Source: an uncultured Actinomycetes bacterium (GTDB lineage: Bacteria; Actinomycetota; Acidimicrobiia; IMCC26256; PALSA-610). From it: a stretch of DNA of 64,000 nt. Of this stretch, positions 19,635 through 29,492 are shown one piece after another (the first letter of the stretch is position 1; each line of letters begins with the position of its first letter). Under the pieces are notes generated by a model. That model searched no databases. It saw only the letters and a program-made list of their open reading frames with translations, and was not told the origin of the DNA. Location of the stretch: NCBI GenBank assembly GCA_963835455.1, contig CAWIFT010000005.1, positions 258,402-322,401 on the forward strand, written 5' to 3'. Made by a program: the position numbers and the translations under genes.

Positions 19635-21947
19635 GTGCGCGCGACCAATTCGGAATCTCGACTGGTCCGCTTGGGCTTTCCGGACGGCATACGGCCGCTG
19701 CGCGAGTCGTTTCTCGTCGTCGCGATAGTCGCGCCGCTCCTCACGGTGGTCTACCAACTGTGGGACGCGCACTGGCACGTGCCGTTCGACTATTCGGGGG
19801 ACGCGATCCCGGCGGCCACGTTCACGAAGGGGATGATCGAGAACACGTGGTACCTGTCGAACCCGCGGCTCGCCGCCCCGTTCACGGCTGACTACCGCGA
19901 CTTCCCGGTCGGGGGTGAGAACCTCCACTGGCTCGGCCTGAAGATCCTCGGGGTCGCCACGGGCAACTATGCGCTGGCACTCAACATCTATTTCCTGGCG
20001 GGCTTCTTCGCGATTGCGCTCGTCGCGTACTTCGTCGTGCGGTATCTCGGATTCGGTGTCGCGACCGCAGCGGTAGTCGGCACGCTCTTCGCGTTCATGC
20101 CGTACCACGCGTATCGCGGCCTCGCGCACCTCACGCGGGGCGTGTACTTCCAGCTTCCGCTCGCGGTGCTCGTGATCATCTGGCTCAATCGATACCGCGA
20201 AGACTTCCTCCGACCCGACGGGGACAAGTGGCGCGTGCGCCGCGGCCGACTCGGTTTCGCGTTGGGTGTCGCCGTACTCCTCGGTTGCACCGACGATCAG
20301 TACACCGCGTTCATGGCTTCGATCCTCGTGGTGATCGCAATCCTGAGCGCGCTGCGCGATCGCGACTGGCGGCCGCTGGCGCTGGCCGGGATCATCTCGG
20401 TGGCGGCGTTCGGCGCATTGTTCGTCAACAACGGGCCGTTTCTCGTCGAGCGGGCCCAACGCGGACCGAACCACGAGGTACTCGATCGCTCGTTGAGCGA
20501 TCAGGACTACTACGCGCTGCGTCCGGTCAACCTCGTGCTCCCGGCGAATGGTCACCGCGTCGCGGCGCTCAACTCGCTCGCGGCCAAGACGGCCAAAGCG
20601 AGGGTGACGAACAACGAGACGGGGGGCACGCCGCTCGGACTCATCGGGTCGGTCGGGCTGATCGTCGGCATCGGCGCGGTGCTCGCGTCGGGGTTGGGGA
20701 GTCGGGCCCGGCGCAAGGAGAACGACTTCGCCGCGCAACTCGGTGTCGTCAACCTCATCGCGATCCTGCTCGGCACGATCGGCGGCTTCGCCTTTCTTCT
20801 TGCTCTCGCCGGATTCCGTACGTACCGAACGTGGAACCGGATCTCCATCTTCATCGCGTTCTGTTCCCTCCTCGTCGTCGCCATCGGCCTCGACAAGGGG
20901 TTCGCGTATCTGCGCGGCCGCATCCGCCGGCCCGGACTCGGAACTGCTGTCGTCGCACTGATCGTCGGCGTGCTCGTCGTGGGGGGCGCGTTCGATCAGG
21001 TCACACCGACGTATACGTTCGGCTACAAGCAGACCGCGGCCCGCTTCGACTCCGACGCGCAGTTCTACCGCACGCTCGAGCAGACGATTCCCGCGCACTC
21101 GATGGTCTTCCAGCTCCCGATGACCGTGTTCCCCGAAGCGCCACCGGTGAACAACATGGGCGTGTACGAACAGTTCACCGCCTACCTCCAGACCAAGACG
21201 CTGCGCTGGAGCTACGGCGGCATGCGAGGCCGGATCGAAAGTGACTGGCAGAAGAACCTCGACGCCAACGACCCGGTGAGCATGCTCGCGCAGGTCGCCG
21301 CCGTCGGTTTCCAGGGCGTCGTGATCGATCGCCCCGGATACCCGGACAACGCGGCGGCGCTCCTCAAGGCCGCCGCACCGTATACAGGCGCGCCAACGCT
21401 CGGGTCGAAGGACAACCGTCTCTACTACCTCGACCTGACCGGCCTCCGCGCCCGCCTGCAGCGTGAGCTCGGAGACGAGGCGCTGAAGCAGAGCTCGGAC
21501 GTGGTCCTCGGCAACACCGTGCGCTGGGACGGCTTCTCGTCGGCGGAGACCACCTGCGGGGGCGCGCGGCGCTGGGCGACGTCTCCCACGGCGACGGTCG
21601 AGCTGAACAATCCGTCGTCCGCGCCGACCACCGTCACGGCGTCCACATCGTTCGTGGCGAATCCGGCGACCCGGCAGGTCGACATCAGTGCGCCGGGGGA
21701 CGACGAGGTGGTCCCGCTCTCGAATGGCACCGGCACCTGGAGCAAGACCCTGACCATCCCGCCCGGGAAGTCGCAGATCCGGTTCGGCGTCACCGGGCCC
21801 AACTTCAACGCGCCGGGCGACTCCCGGACCTTGCACTTCGCCCTGAGCGGGTACCAGTTCGGCGCGCCGTTCGATTCACCGGTCCAGCAATGGGGCGCGA
21901 AACTGTCGCCTGCCTGTAAACCGACTCCGACGCCGAATGGTGGCTAG
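19635..21947 (+). CDS. 770-aa polytopic membrane protein with large extracytoplasmic C-terminal domain; GT-C/YfhO-like glycosyltransferase candidate
   Basis: About 11 predicted TM helices in the first 480 aa. An Asp-containing first loop (HVPFDYSGDAIPAATFTKG) follows TM1. About 290 aa of soluble C-terminus look like a beta-sandwich. It is followed 13 nt later by a GtrB-like GT2. The fold assignment is inferred, not demonstrated. Confidence 0.6.
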   Translation: MRATNSESRLVRLGFPDGIRPLRESFLVVAIVAPLLTVVYQLWDAHWHVPFDYSGDAIPAATFTKGMIENTWYLSNPRLAAPFTADYRDFPVGGENLHWLGLKILGVATGNYALALNIYFLAGFFAIALVAYFVVRYLGFGVATAAVVGTLFAFMPYHAYRGLAHLTRGVYFQLPLAVLVIIWLNRYREDFLRPDGDKWRVRRGRLGFALGVAVLLGCTDDQYTAFMASILVVIAILSALRDRDWRPLALAGIISVAAFGALFVNNGPFLVERAQRGPNHEVLDRSLSDQDYYALRPVNLVLPANGHRVAALNSLAAKTAKARVTNNETGGTPLGLIGSVGLIVGIGAVLASGLGSRARRKENDFAAQLGVVNLIAILLGTIGGFAFLLALAGFRTYRTWNRISIFIAFCSLLVVAIGLDKGFAYLRGRIRRPGLGTAVVALIVGVLVVGGAFDQVTPTYTFGYKQTAARFDSDAQFYRTLEQTIPAHSMVFQLPMTVFPEAPPVNNMGVYEQFTAYLQTKTLRWSYGGMRGRIESDWQKNLDANDPVSMLAQVAAVGFQGVVIDRPGYPDNAAALLKAAAPYTGAPTLGSKDNRLYYLDLTGLRARLQRELGDEALKQSSDVVLGNTVRWDGFSSAETTCGGARRWATSPTATVELNNPSSAPTTVTASTSFVANPATRQVDISAPGDDEVVPLSNGTGTWSKTLTIPPGKSQIRFGVTGPNFNAPGDSRTLHFALSGYQFGAPFDSPVQQWGAKLSPACKPTPTPNGG

Positions 21948-21959
21948 CGTGGAGGGCGC

Positions 21960-22937
21960 GTGACGCAACCCGATGTCTCCATTCTGCTCCCGGCCTACAA
22001 CGAGGCGACCAACCTCGCCGAGGTCGTCGACGAGATCGTCGACACCCTGAAAGCGACCGACCTCTCCTTCGAGATCCTCGTGGTCGACGACGGCAGCGAC
22101 GACGGCAGCATCGAGGTCCTCGAGGAGTGCGAGCGCCGGCACTCGCAGCTGCGCTGGATCCACTTCCGCCGCAACTCGGGCAAGTCCGAGGCGCTGCAGG
22201 CGGGATTCGACTTCGTCGCGGGCCGTTCCGTCGTGCTGATGGATGCCGACGGGCAGGACGACCCCGGTGCGATCGCGCTGCTCCTGGAGGCGCTCGACGG
22301 CGGCCTCGATCTGGTCACCGGCCGGCGCGCCCAGCGCAACGACCGGTTCATCAAGCGCTCGACGTCGAAGTTCTACAACTGGTGCACCGCGAAGATGACC
22401 GGCGTGCAGGGCAAGGACTTCAACAGCGGTCTCAAGGCGATGCGCCGAGACGTGATCGAAGAGGTCGACCTCTACGGCGAGATGCACCGCTACATCCCGG
22501 TCCTCGCCGTCGCGCAGGGCTTCAAGGTCGGCGAGGTCGACGTCCCGCACCGCGCCCGCCTCCACGGTGAGTCGAAGTTCGGGCGCGCCCGGTTCTGGCG
22601 CGGCTTCTTCGACCTCATCACCGTCAAGTTCCTCACCACCTACAAGGCGCGACCGTTTCACATCCTCGGCGGAATGGGTCTCGCGTGCGGCGCCCTGGGC
22701 GCGGCGCTTCTCGGGTGGATGTCCATCGACTGGCTGCGCGGGATCGGCGTCGGCAGTCGCCCGGCGTTGTTGGCCGGAGTGCTGTTGGTACTGGTCGGAG
22801 TGCAGCTGGCGTCGCTCGGTTTGCTGGCCGAGCTCATCGTGTATCGCACGCGCCGGCGTGAGCGCGTGCGGGCGACGATCTCGGCTTCCGGCGGCTTCGA
22901 GGCCGGCATCGATCTCACCCGGAGTGCGATCGGCTGA
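21960..22937 (+). CDS. polyprenol-phosphate glycosyltransferase, GT2 (GtrB/DPM1-like) with C-terminal TM hairpin
   Basis: Shows SILLPAYNEATNL, VVDDGSDDGS and LMDADGQDDP (DxD). The C-terminus has two TM helices (ILGGMGLACGALGAALLGW / LLAGVLLVLVGVQLASLGLLAELIVY). Confidence 0.9.
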   Translation: MTQPDVSILLPAYNEATNLAEVVDEIVDTLKATDLSFEILVVDDGSDDGSIEVLEECERRHSQLRWIHFRRNSGKSEALQAGFDFVAGRSVVLMDADGQDDPGAIALLLEALDGGLDLVTGRRAQRNDRFIKRSTSKFYNWCTAKMTGVQGKDFNSGLKAMRRDVIEEVDLYGEMHRYIPVLAVAQGFKVGEVDVPHRARLHGESKFGRARFWRGFFDLITVKFLTTYKARPFHILGGMGLACGALGAALLGWMSIDWLRGIGVGSRPALLAGVLLVLVGVQLASLGLLAELIVYRTRRRERVRATISASGGFEAGIDLTRSAIG

Positions 22938-22958
22938 AATCGGCCGGCGAGAACGCTC

Positions 22959-23966
22959 TCAGCCGTAGTCGACGATCTGGCCGGCGCCCCAATCCCGATA
23001 GAGGAAGCTGGGCTGGCCGTCGCGGCCGCTTCCGGTCACGCGGGCGCGCACGAACAGGTACTGACCCAGATCGCGGCTGCGCCACGCGACGAGCGGCCCG
23101 ACCTCCGCATAGCGCCCGCTGTGGGCCGGGTCCAACGGGTGGCCGTCGGCCGTGAACGCCACCTCGACTTCGAAGCCGGCGAAGGCCAGGAGTCGCGACA
23201 GGTCGTGCAGTGTGTATTCGCGGTTGTGGCGACCGTAGGGCCCGAAACCCGAATACGGGTCGTACAGGTTGCGCCCGTCGACCATCGCCGCGACGTTGTC
23301 GAGTCGGGCGACGTTCGGCGTCGTCAACACGAGGATGCCGCCGGGCTCGAGCACGCGATGGATCTCCCGGAGCGCGGCGAGCGGATCCATCAGCAGATGC
23401 TCGATGATCTCGCAGAACAGCACGACATCGAACGAGTGGTCGGCGAACGGGAATTCGTCCTCCTCGACGTTGAACATCATCGTGTCGTGCTCGCGCAGCG
23501 CTTTCTCGTCGGTGCCGGGCCGGACGTAGGAGACCGTCTCCGTCGCGGCGCCGCGTGTGCCGTAGAAGTTGACGAGGGTGAGATCGAGGTCGGTGAAGTC
23601 GTCGAGGAGTTGGGTCGTGAAGTAGGGGTTCGCGCCCAGCTCGAGGCATCGACCCTTCTCGTCGCGGATCAACGACCACGTGTGGCAGAAGCGCCAGAGG
23701 GAATCGGCGACGTAGGCGTCGAGGTGGCCGGCGGGCTCGCCGTTCACCGACCAGGTGTGGAACAGCTTCGTGAGGTCGGCCAGGGTCATGCCGTCGGGGA
23801 CAGGGACCGGCGGTGGCTTCCACACGGGCTCGGCGGCGTCGGGTACGGGCGGACCGGCGGGGACGGCGTCGAGCGCCCGCAGCACGCGGTTCCTCCCCCG
23901 GTTGAGCAGATTCCTGACCCGGGGTGGTGACCGGCGGGCGAGTTCCCCGAGGCGTCCTTGGGCCAT
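22959..23966 (-). CDS. class I SAM-dependent methyltransferase (O-antigen-cluster type)
   Basis: ATG at 23966 (MAQGRLGE...) in the frame of ORF 22959..24503. Shows CLELGANPYF, FDVVLFCEIIEHL and LEPGGILVLTTPN. The start lies 2 nt after the lipoprotein gene stop. Confidence 0.8.
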   Translation of the reverse strand: MAQGRLGELARRSPPRVRNLLNRGRNRVLRALDAVPAGPPVPDAAEPVWKPPPVPVPDGMTLADLTKLFHTWSVNGEPAGHLDAYVADSLWRFCHTWSLIRDEKGRCLELGANPYFTTQLLDDFTDLDLTLVNFYGTRGAATETVSYVRPGTDEKALREHDTMMFNVEEDEFPFADHSFDVVLFCEIIEHLLMDPLAALREIHRVLEPGGILVLTTPNVARLDNVAAMVDGRNLYDPYSGFGPYGRHNREYTLHDLSRLLAFAGFEVEVAFTADGHPLDPAHSGRYAEVGPLVAWRSRDLGQYLFVRARVTGSGRDGQPSFLYRDWGAGQIVDYG

Positions 23967-23968
23967 GG

Positions 23969-24463
23969 TCAGCTCACCGGCTTCGACGTCACGTCGCGGC
24001 TGGTGCTTTCCGTCGTCGTGCCGACCTTCGCGGTCAGCGTGTACGTGTGCTTCTTGCCGTCGCACGCGAAGTACTGCAGGTGATCCTGCGCTCCGCCGGC
24101 GAACGTACCGGCCTGCACCCCGTCGATCGAGAGGACGACCGAGCTCGCACCCTTCGCCGTCCACTTCAGCTCGACCATGGTCGGCGTGTTGCACGCCACC
24201 GGCGAGGTCGGGGTGATCGTGAACGTGGTGAAGACCGCCGAGCCCGTGATCGTGGTGGTCGTTCCGCCGGCGGTCGTGGCCGTCGTCGGCGGGGTGGTCG
24301 TCACCACCGTGCTGGTCGAGGCGCTGCTCGTGGCCGGGGTGCCGGTCGACGTGGTGGTCGTGGTCGGCGGGACGGTTGCCTTCTTGGAACTGCTGCATCC
24401 GGCGAGGGCGAGGAACGCCGGAATGGCGATTCCGAGGGTGAGGGCCGGGCCGAGTCGTCGCAC
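23969..24463 (-). CDS. Thr/Pro-rich lipoprotein with C-terminal Ig-like beta domain
   Basis: Signal peptide plus lipobox LALAGC. A roughly 60-aa Thr/Ser/Pro linker (PPTTTTTSTGTPATSSASTSTVVTTTPPTTATTAGGTTTT) is followed by a roughly 75-aa beta-rich domain with two Cys. Confidence 0.8.
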   Translation of the reverse strand: MRRLGPALTLGIAIPAFLALAGCSSSKKATVPPTTTTTSTGTPATSSASTSTVVTTTPPTTATTAGGTTTTITGSAVFTTFTITPTSPVACNTPTMVELKWTAKGASSVVLSIDGVQAGTFAGGAQDHLQYFACDGKKHTYTLTAKVGTTTESTSRDVTSKPVS

Positions 24464-24505
24464 AAGCGGAGGATACGACCACCTGCCTCCGTATCCTGGT
24501 CAAAG

Positions 24506-25744
24506 ATGTCCGGGTTCGTCGATACCGCGCAGAGCAACGTGAAGGGTGGTGACGGCGGCGCGGGCTGCGTCGGCTTCCGCCGCGAATCGCACGTGCCGAA
24601 GGGCGGACCCGACGGCGGCGACGGTGGCCGCGGCGGCGACGTGTGGCTCCGCGCGAACCGTAACGTCGCGTCGCTGCTCGCGTTCCGCGATCATCCGCAC
24701 CGCAAGGCCGGATCGGGTACCCACGGCAAGGGCCAGAAGCTGCACGGCAAGGGCGGAGCCGACCTCGTCGTCGACGTGCCCGAGGGCACCGTCGTGCGCT
24801 CGATGGACGGTGAGCTGCTCGCCGACCTGTTGCAGCACGGCGACACGTGGCTCGCCGCGCGCGGTGGACAGGGCGGGCGCGGCAACGCGCGCTTCTTGTC
24901 GAACGCGCGCCGGGCGCCGAGCTTCGCGGAGCAGGGCGAGTACGGCGAGGAACGCTGGCTGAAGCTCGAGCTGAAGTTGCTGGCCGACGCCGCGCTCGTC
25001 GGCTTCCCGAACGCGGGCAAGTCCACGCTCATCTCGGTCGTGAGCGCGGCGAAGCCGAAGATCGCCGACTATCCCTTCACCACGCTCGAACCGCACCTCG
25101 GGGTCGTCCGCTGGCAGGACCACGAGTTCGTGCTCGCCGACATTCCCGGTCTGATCGAAGGGGCCGCCGAAGGACGCGGTCTCGGTCACCAGTTCCTGCG
25201 GCACATCGAACGGGCACGCGTGCTCGTGATCCTCTGCGACCTCGCGCCGGTCGACGGCCGTTCGCCCGCGGAGCAGGAACGCATCCTGCTCGACGAGCTG
25301 GGCCGATACCGGCCGGAATTGTTGGAACGGCCGCGTCTCGTCGTCGGGAGCAAGGCCGACGTCGCCGCTCCCGACGTGGAGTTCGACGGGCTGCGCATCG
25401 CGAGCGTCACCCGCGCCGGTCTCGACGAGTTCCGCGGACAGCTCGCGACATTGATCGAGGACGCACGCGCGGCCGAGGGCCAGCACGAGCCGTACGTCGT
25501 GTTCCGGCCCGAGGAGCAGGGCTTCTCGGTGGTGCAGGAAGGTCCGAAGCAGTGGCGCGTGCAGGGTCGGCCCGCAGAGCGCGCCGTCGCGCTCGCCGAT
25601 CTCACCAACCCCGAGGCGATGGCGTACATCCAGCAGCGGCTGCAGCGGATGGGCGTGGAGAAGGCGTTGAAGCGCGCCGGCGCGACCGACGGTGACACCG
25701 TGCACATCGGTGACCACGAGCTCGTCTACGAGGAACCCCTGTGA
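24506..25744 (+). CDS. obg: GTPase Obg/CgtA
   Basis: ATG at 24506 in the frame of ORF 23924..25744. Gly-rich Obg fold (GGDGGAG..., GGPDGGDGGRGG), G1 GFPNAGKST, G3 DIPGLIEGA and a C-terminal OCT domain. Confidence 0.95.
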   Translation: MSGFVDTAQSNVKGGDGGAGCVGFRRESHVPKGGPDGGDGGRGGDVWLRANRNVASLLAFRDHPHRKAGSGTHGKGQKLHGKGGADLVVDVPEGTVVRSMDGELLADLLQHGDTWLAARGGQGGRGNARFLSNARRAPSFAEQGEYGEERWLKLELKLLADAALVGFPNAGKSTLISVVSAAKPKIADYPFTTLEPHLGVVRWQDHEFVLADIPGLIEGAAEGRGLGHQFLRHIERARVLVILCDLAPVDGRSPAEQERILLDELGRYRPELLERPRLVVGSKADVAAPDVEFDGLRIASVTRAGLDEFRGQLATLIEDARAAEGQHEPYVVFRPEEQGFSVVQEGPKQWRVQGRPAERAVALADLTNPEAMAYIQQRLQRMGVEKALKRAGATDGDTVHIGDHELVYEEPL

Positions 25745-25769
25745 GCGCACCCGTTTCGGTGGTGGTGTC

Positions 25770-26860
25770 GTGACGCCGGTTTCGGTCGTGAAGGTCGGGA
25801 CCTCGTCGATCGCCAAGGAGTCGGGGGAGCTCGACGACGACGCATTGACGAAGTTGGCCGGCGACATCGCGGCGCGCGCGCCGGTGGGTACCAGGTCGTG
25901 CTCGTGATGTCGGGCGCGATCGCGGCGGGCATGCCGGTGCTCGGTCTGCAGCGCCGCCCGACCGACATGGGAACGCTGCAGGCGATCGCGGCGGTGGGCC
26001 AGCCGCTGCTCCTCGAACGCATGAATGCGCTGCTCGGTGCGCACGGCATCGTCGCGGGCCAGGTGTTGCTCACGCCGTACGACTTCGCGCACCGCAGTCA
26101 GTACCTCCACGCCCGGGAGACCCTGCAGCGGTTGCGCGAGCTGGGTGTCCTGCCGATCGTCAACGAGAACGACACCGTCGCCGACGACGAGATCCGCTAC
26201 GGCGACAACGACCGCCTCGCGGCGCTCGTCGCGCACCTCGTGCACGCCGAGACACTGCTGCTGTTGACCGACACCGGCGGCCTGTTCACCGCCGACCCCC
26301 GCCACGACGCGGACGCGTCGCTGATCGAGGAGATCGTGGAGGTCGACGAAGCGCTCGAGCAGGCGGCCGGCGGCGCCGGAACCGAACGGGGCAGTGGCGG
26401 GATGGCGAGCAAGCTCGCGGCCGCGAAGATCGCGGCGTGGTCGGGGGTGCGCGCGGTCATCGCGTCGGCATCGGTCCCGGACGTGATCGCGGACACGCTC
26501 GCGGGACGCGCGGTCGGCACGTCGATCGCGCCGCGTCCGACGCGCCTTTCGTCGCGCAAGCTGTGGATCGCGTTCGCGCAGGGTTCCGAAGGCCGGGTCG
26601 CCGTCGACGCGGGTGCCCGGCGGGCACTCGTCGACGGGGGCAAGTCGCTGCTGGCCGCGGGCGTGCGCGCCGTCGAGGGCACGTTCGACGTCGACGCACC
26701 CGTCGAGATCGTCGGCGACGACGGGCGCGTGTTCGCGAAGGGTCTGTGTCGTTACGGCGCGTCGCAGTTGCGCGCGGTCGCGGGCAAGCGCACCGCGGAT
26801 CTGCCGAGTGGTTCACCGCAAGAGGTCGTCCACCGCGACGACCTCGTCGTGCTGCCGTAA
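25770..26860 (+). pseudogene. proB: glutamate 5-kinase, interrupted by a frame change as assembled
   Basis: The N-terminus VTPVSVVKVGTSSIAKESGELDDDALTKLAGDIAARA is in the frame of ORF 25692..25907, which then stops. The continuation (G)GYQVVLVMSGAIAAG...NENDTVA...PUA domain is in ORF 25898..26860. The junction lies in the (GC)5 run at 25872-25881. Confidence 0.88.
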
Positions 26861-26906
26861 CTGCGCGCTCGCTCACGGGGGCATCGACTCGGGCGCGACG
26901 GCGTCC

Positions 26907-27132
26907 TCACGCCGGGTATCGGACGGCGTGTGGTCCGAAGGTGAACTCGGCGTAGGTGAAGTCGCCGTCGGGCAGGTGCCGGACGACCGAGCCGCGCGTC
27001 GGGGAGTTGCGCAAGGTCGCCCTCGCCGATCGGGTCGCCCGCCGACGTCCGCGGGGCCGCGATCGAGGACGCGACGTCCTCGTCGAGCTGGGCCCGGAGG
27101 TCGCGGCCGAACGGCCGCAGCAGCCGCGTCAT
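26907..27132 (-). pseudogene. small hypothetical protein (about 75 aa), apparent frame change
   Basis: From ATG 27132, MTRLLRPFGRDLRAQLDEDVASSIAAPRTSAGDPIGEGDLAQLPDA has G/C at nearly every third codon position. After the CGCGCG run at 26993-26998 the high GC3 moves to another frame, reading GSVVRHLPDGDFTYAEFTFGPHAVRYPA and stopping at 26907-26909. No family was recognised. Confidence 0.4.
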
Positions 27133-27321
27133 GCCGACCCGACGACCACGCGGACCTCGCGCAGCAGTTCGGAACGGCTCGGGCGTGCACTTCCACCCAC
27201 GGTGACCACCTCCTCCGGCGTGTCCGGGACGCGCCGAGTCCACTCTGATCGCCGGGCCCCCGGCCGCAACAGGGCCGATGGGCCTGGGCGTGAAGGCCTT
27301 GGCGGGCCGAAAACCACCGGA

Positions 27322-27339
27322 CTTGACCGTTGGGTCAAG
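27322..27339 (+). promoter_or_regulatory. palindrome CTTGACC-GTTG-GGTCAAG upstream of proA (operator/promoter candidate)
   Basis: Perfect 7 bp arms read directly. They contain a TTGACC -35-like hexamer. A TAGCCT -10-like box at 27343-27348 lies 6 nt before the proA ATG. Confidence 0.3.
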
Positions 27340-27354
27340 GGGTAGCCTGCTGGG

Positions 27355-28601
27355 ATGAGTCCCGTCATCGAGCTCGGCCGCCGGGCCAAGGCGGCGAGCA
27401 GATTGCTCGCCGGGGCGCCGACGCCGGCCAAGAACGGTGCGCTGCTGACGGCCGCCGATCTGCTGGCCGAGCGGGCGGGCGAGATCCGGGCCGCGAACGA
27501 CGCCGACCTCGAAGCCGCGGTCGCGGGCGGGATGGCGGCCGGTCCGCTCGACCGGCTGCGCCTGACCGACTCCCGGCTGGAGGGGATGGCGAACGGGCTG
27601 CGCACCGTCGCCGCGCTGGCGGATCCGGTCGGCGAGGTGCTCGACGGCTGGCGGCGCCCGAACGGCCTCGAGATCGTGCGGACGCGCGTCCCGCTCGGCG
27701 TGGTGGCGATCATCTACGAGAACCGGCCGAACGTCACGAGCGACGCCGCCGGTCTGTGCATCAAGGCCGGGAACGCCGCGCTGCTGCGCGGTTCGTCGTC
27801 GGCGCTTCGTTCCAACATCGTCGTCACGCAGTTGTTGCGCGACGCCCTCGTCAAGCACGGCCTGCCCGAGGACGCGGTGATCCTCGTCGAGGACACCGCC
27901 TACGAGACCGCGACCGAGGTCATGCAGCTGACCGACTACGTCGACTGCCTGATCCCGCGCGGCGGCCCCGCGCTGATCCAGAGCGTGCGCGACAACGCGA
28001 AGGTTCCCGTGATCATCGACGGCGACGGCAACTGCCACGTGTACGTCGACGCCGCGGCCGACCTCGACCAGGCGCTGACGATCCTCGTCAACGCGAAGAC
28101 GCAACGGCCGAGCGTGTGCAACGCGGCCGAGTCCCTCGTCGTCCACGCGGCGGTGGCCGACGCGTTCGTGCCGCGCGCGGCCGACGTGCTGCACGCGCAG
28201 GGCGTCGAGCTCGTCGGAGACGGCGAGGCGCAACGACGTTCGGCCCACATCGGTCCCGCCACCGACGACGACTTCGGGCGGGAGTACTCCGACCTGAAGA
28301 TGTCGGTGGCGGTTGCAGCCGATCTCGATGCCGCGATCGCGCACATCAACCGCTACGGCACGGGCCACACGGAAGCGATCCTCACGCAGGATCTCGACGC
28401 CGCGCGGCGCTTCACGCACGAAGTCGACGCCGCGGCCGTCGTCGTGAACGCGAGCACGCGCTTCACCGACGGGGAAGAGTTCGGGTTCGGCGCCGAGATC
28501 GGTATCTCGACGCAGAAGCTGCACGCCCGCGGCCCCATGGGGCTGCGGGAACTGACCACATACAAGTACGTCATCTGGGGTGAAGGGCAGGTACGAGGGT
28601 A

Positions 28602-28602
<1 letters not shown>
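27355..28602 (+). CDS. proA: gamma-glutamyl phosphate reductase
   Basis: 415 aa aldehyde-dehydrogenase-fold protein. Shows [17 protein letters not shown] and a catalytic-Cys region [14 protein letters not shown]. Confidence 0.95.
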
Positions 28603-29489
<887 letters not shown>

Positions 29490-29492
29490 ACC

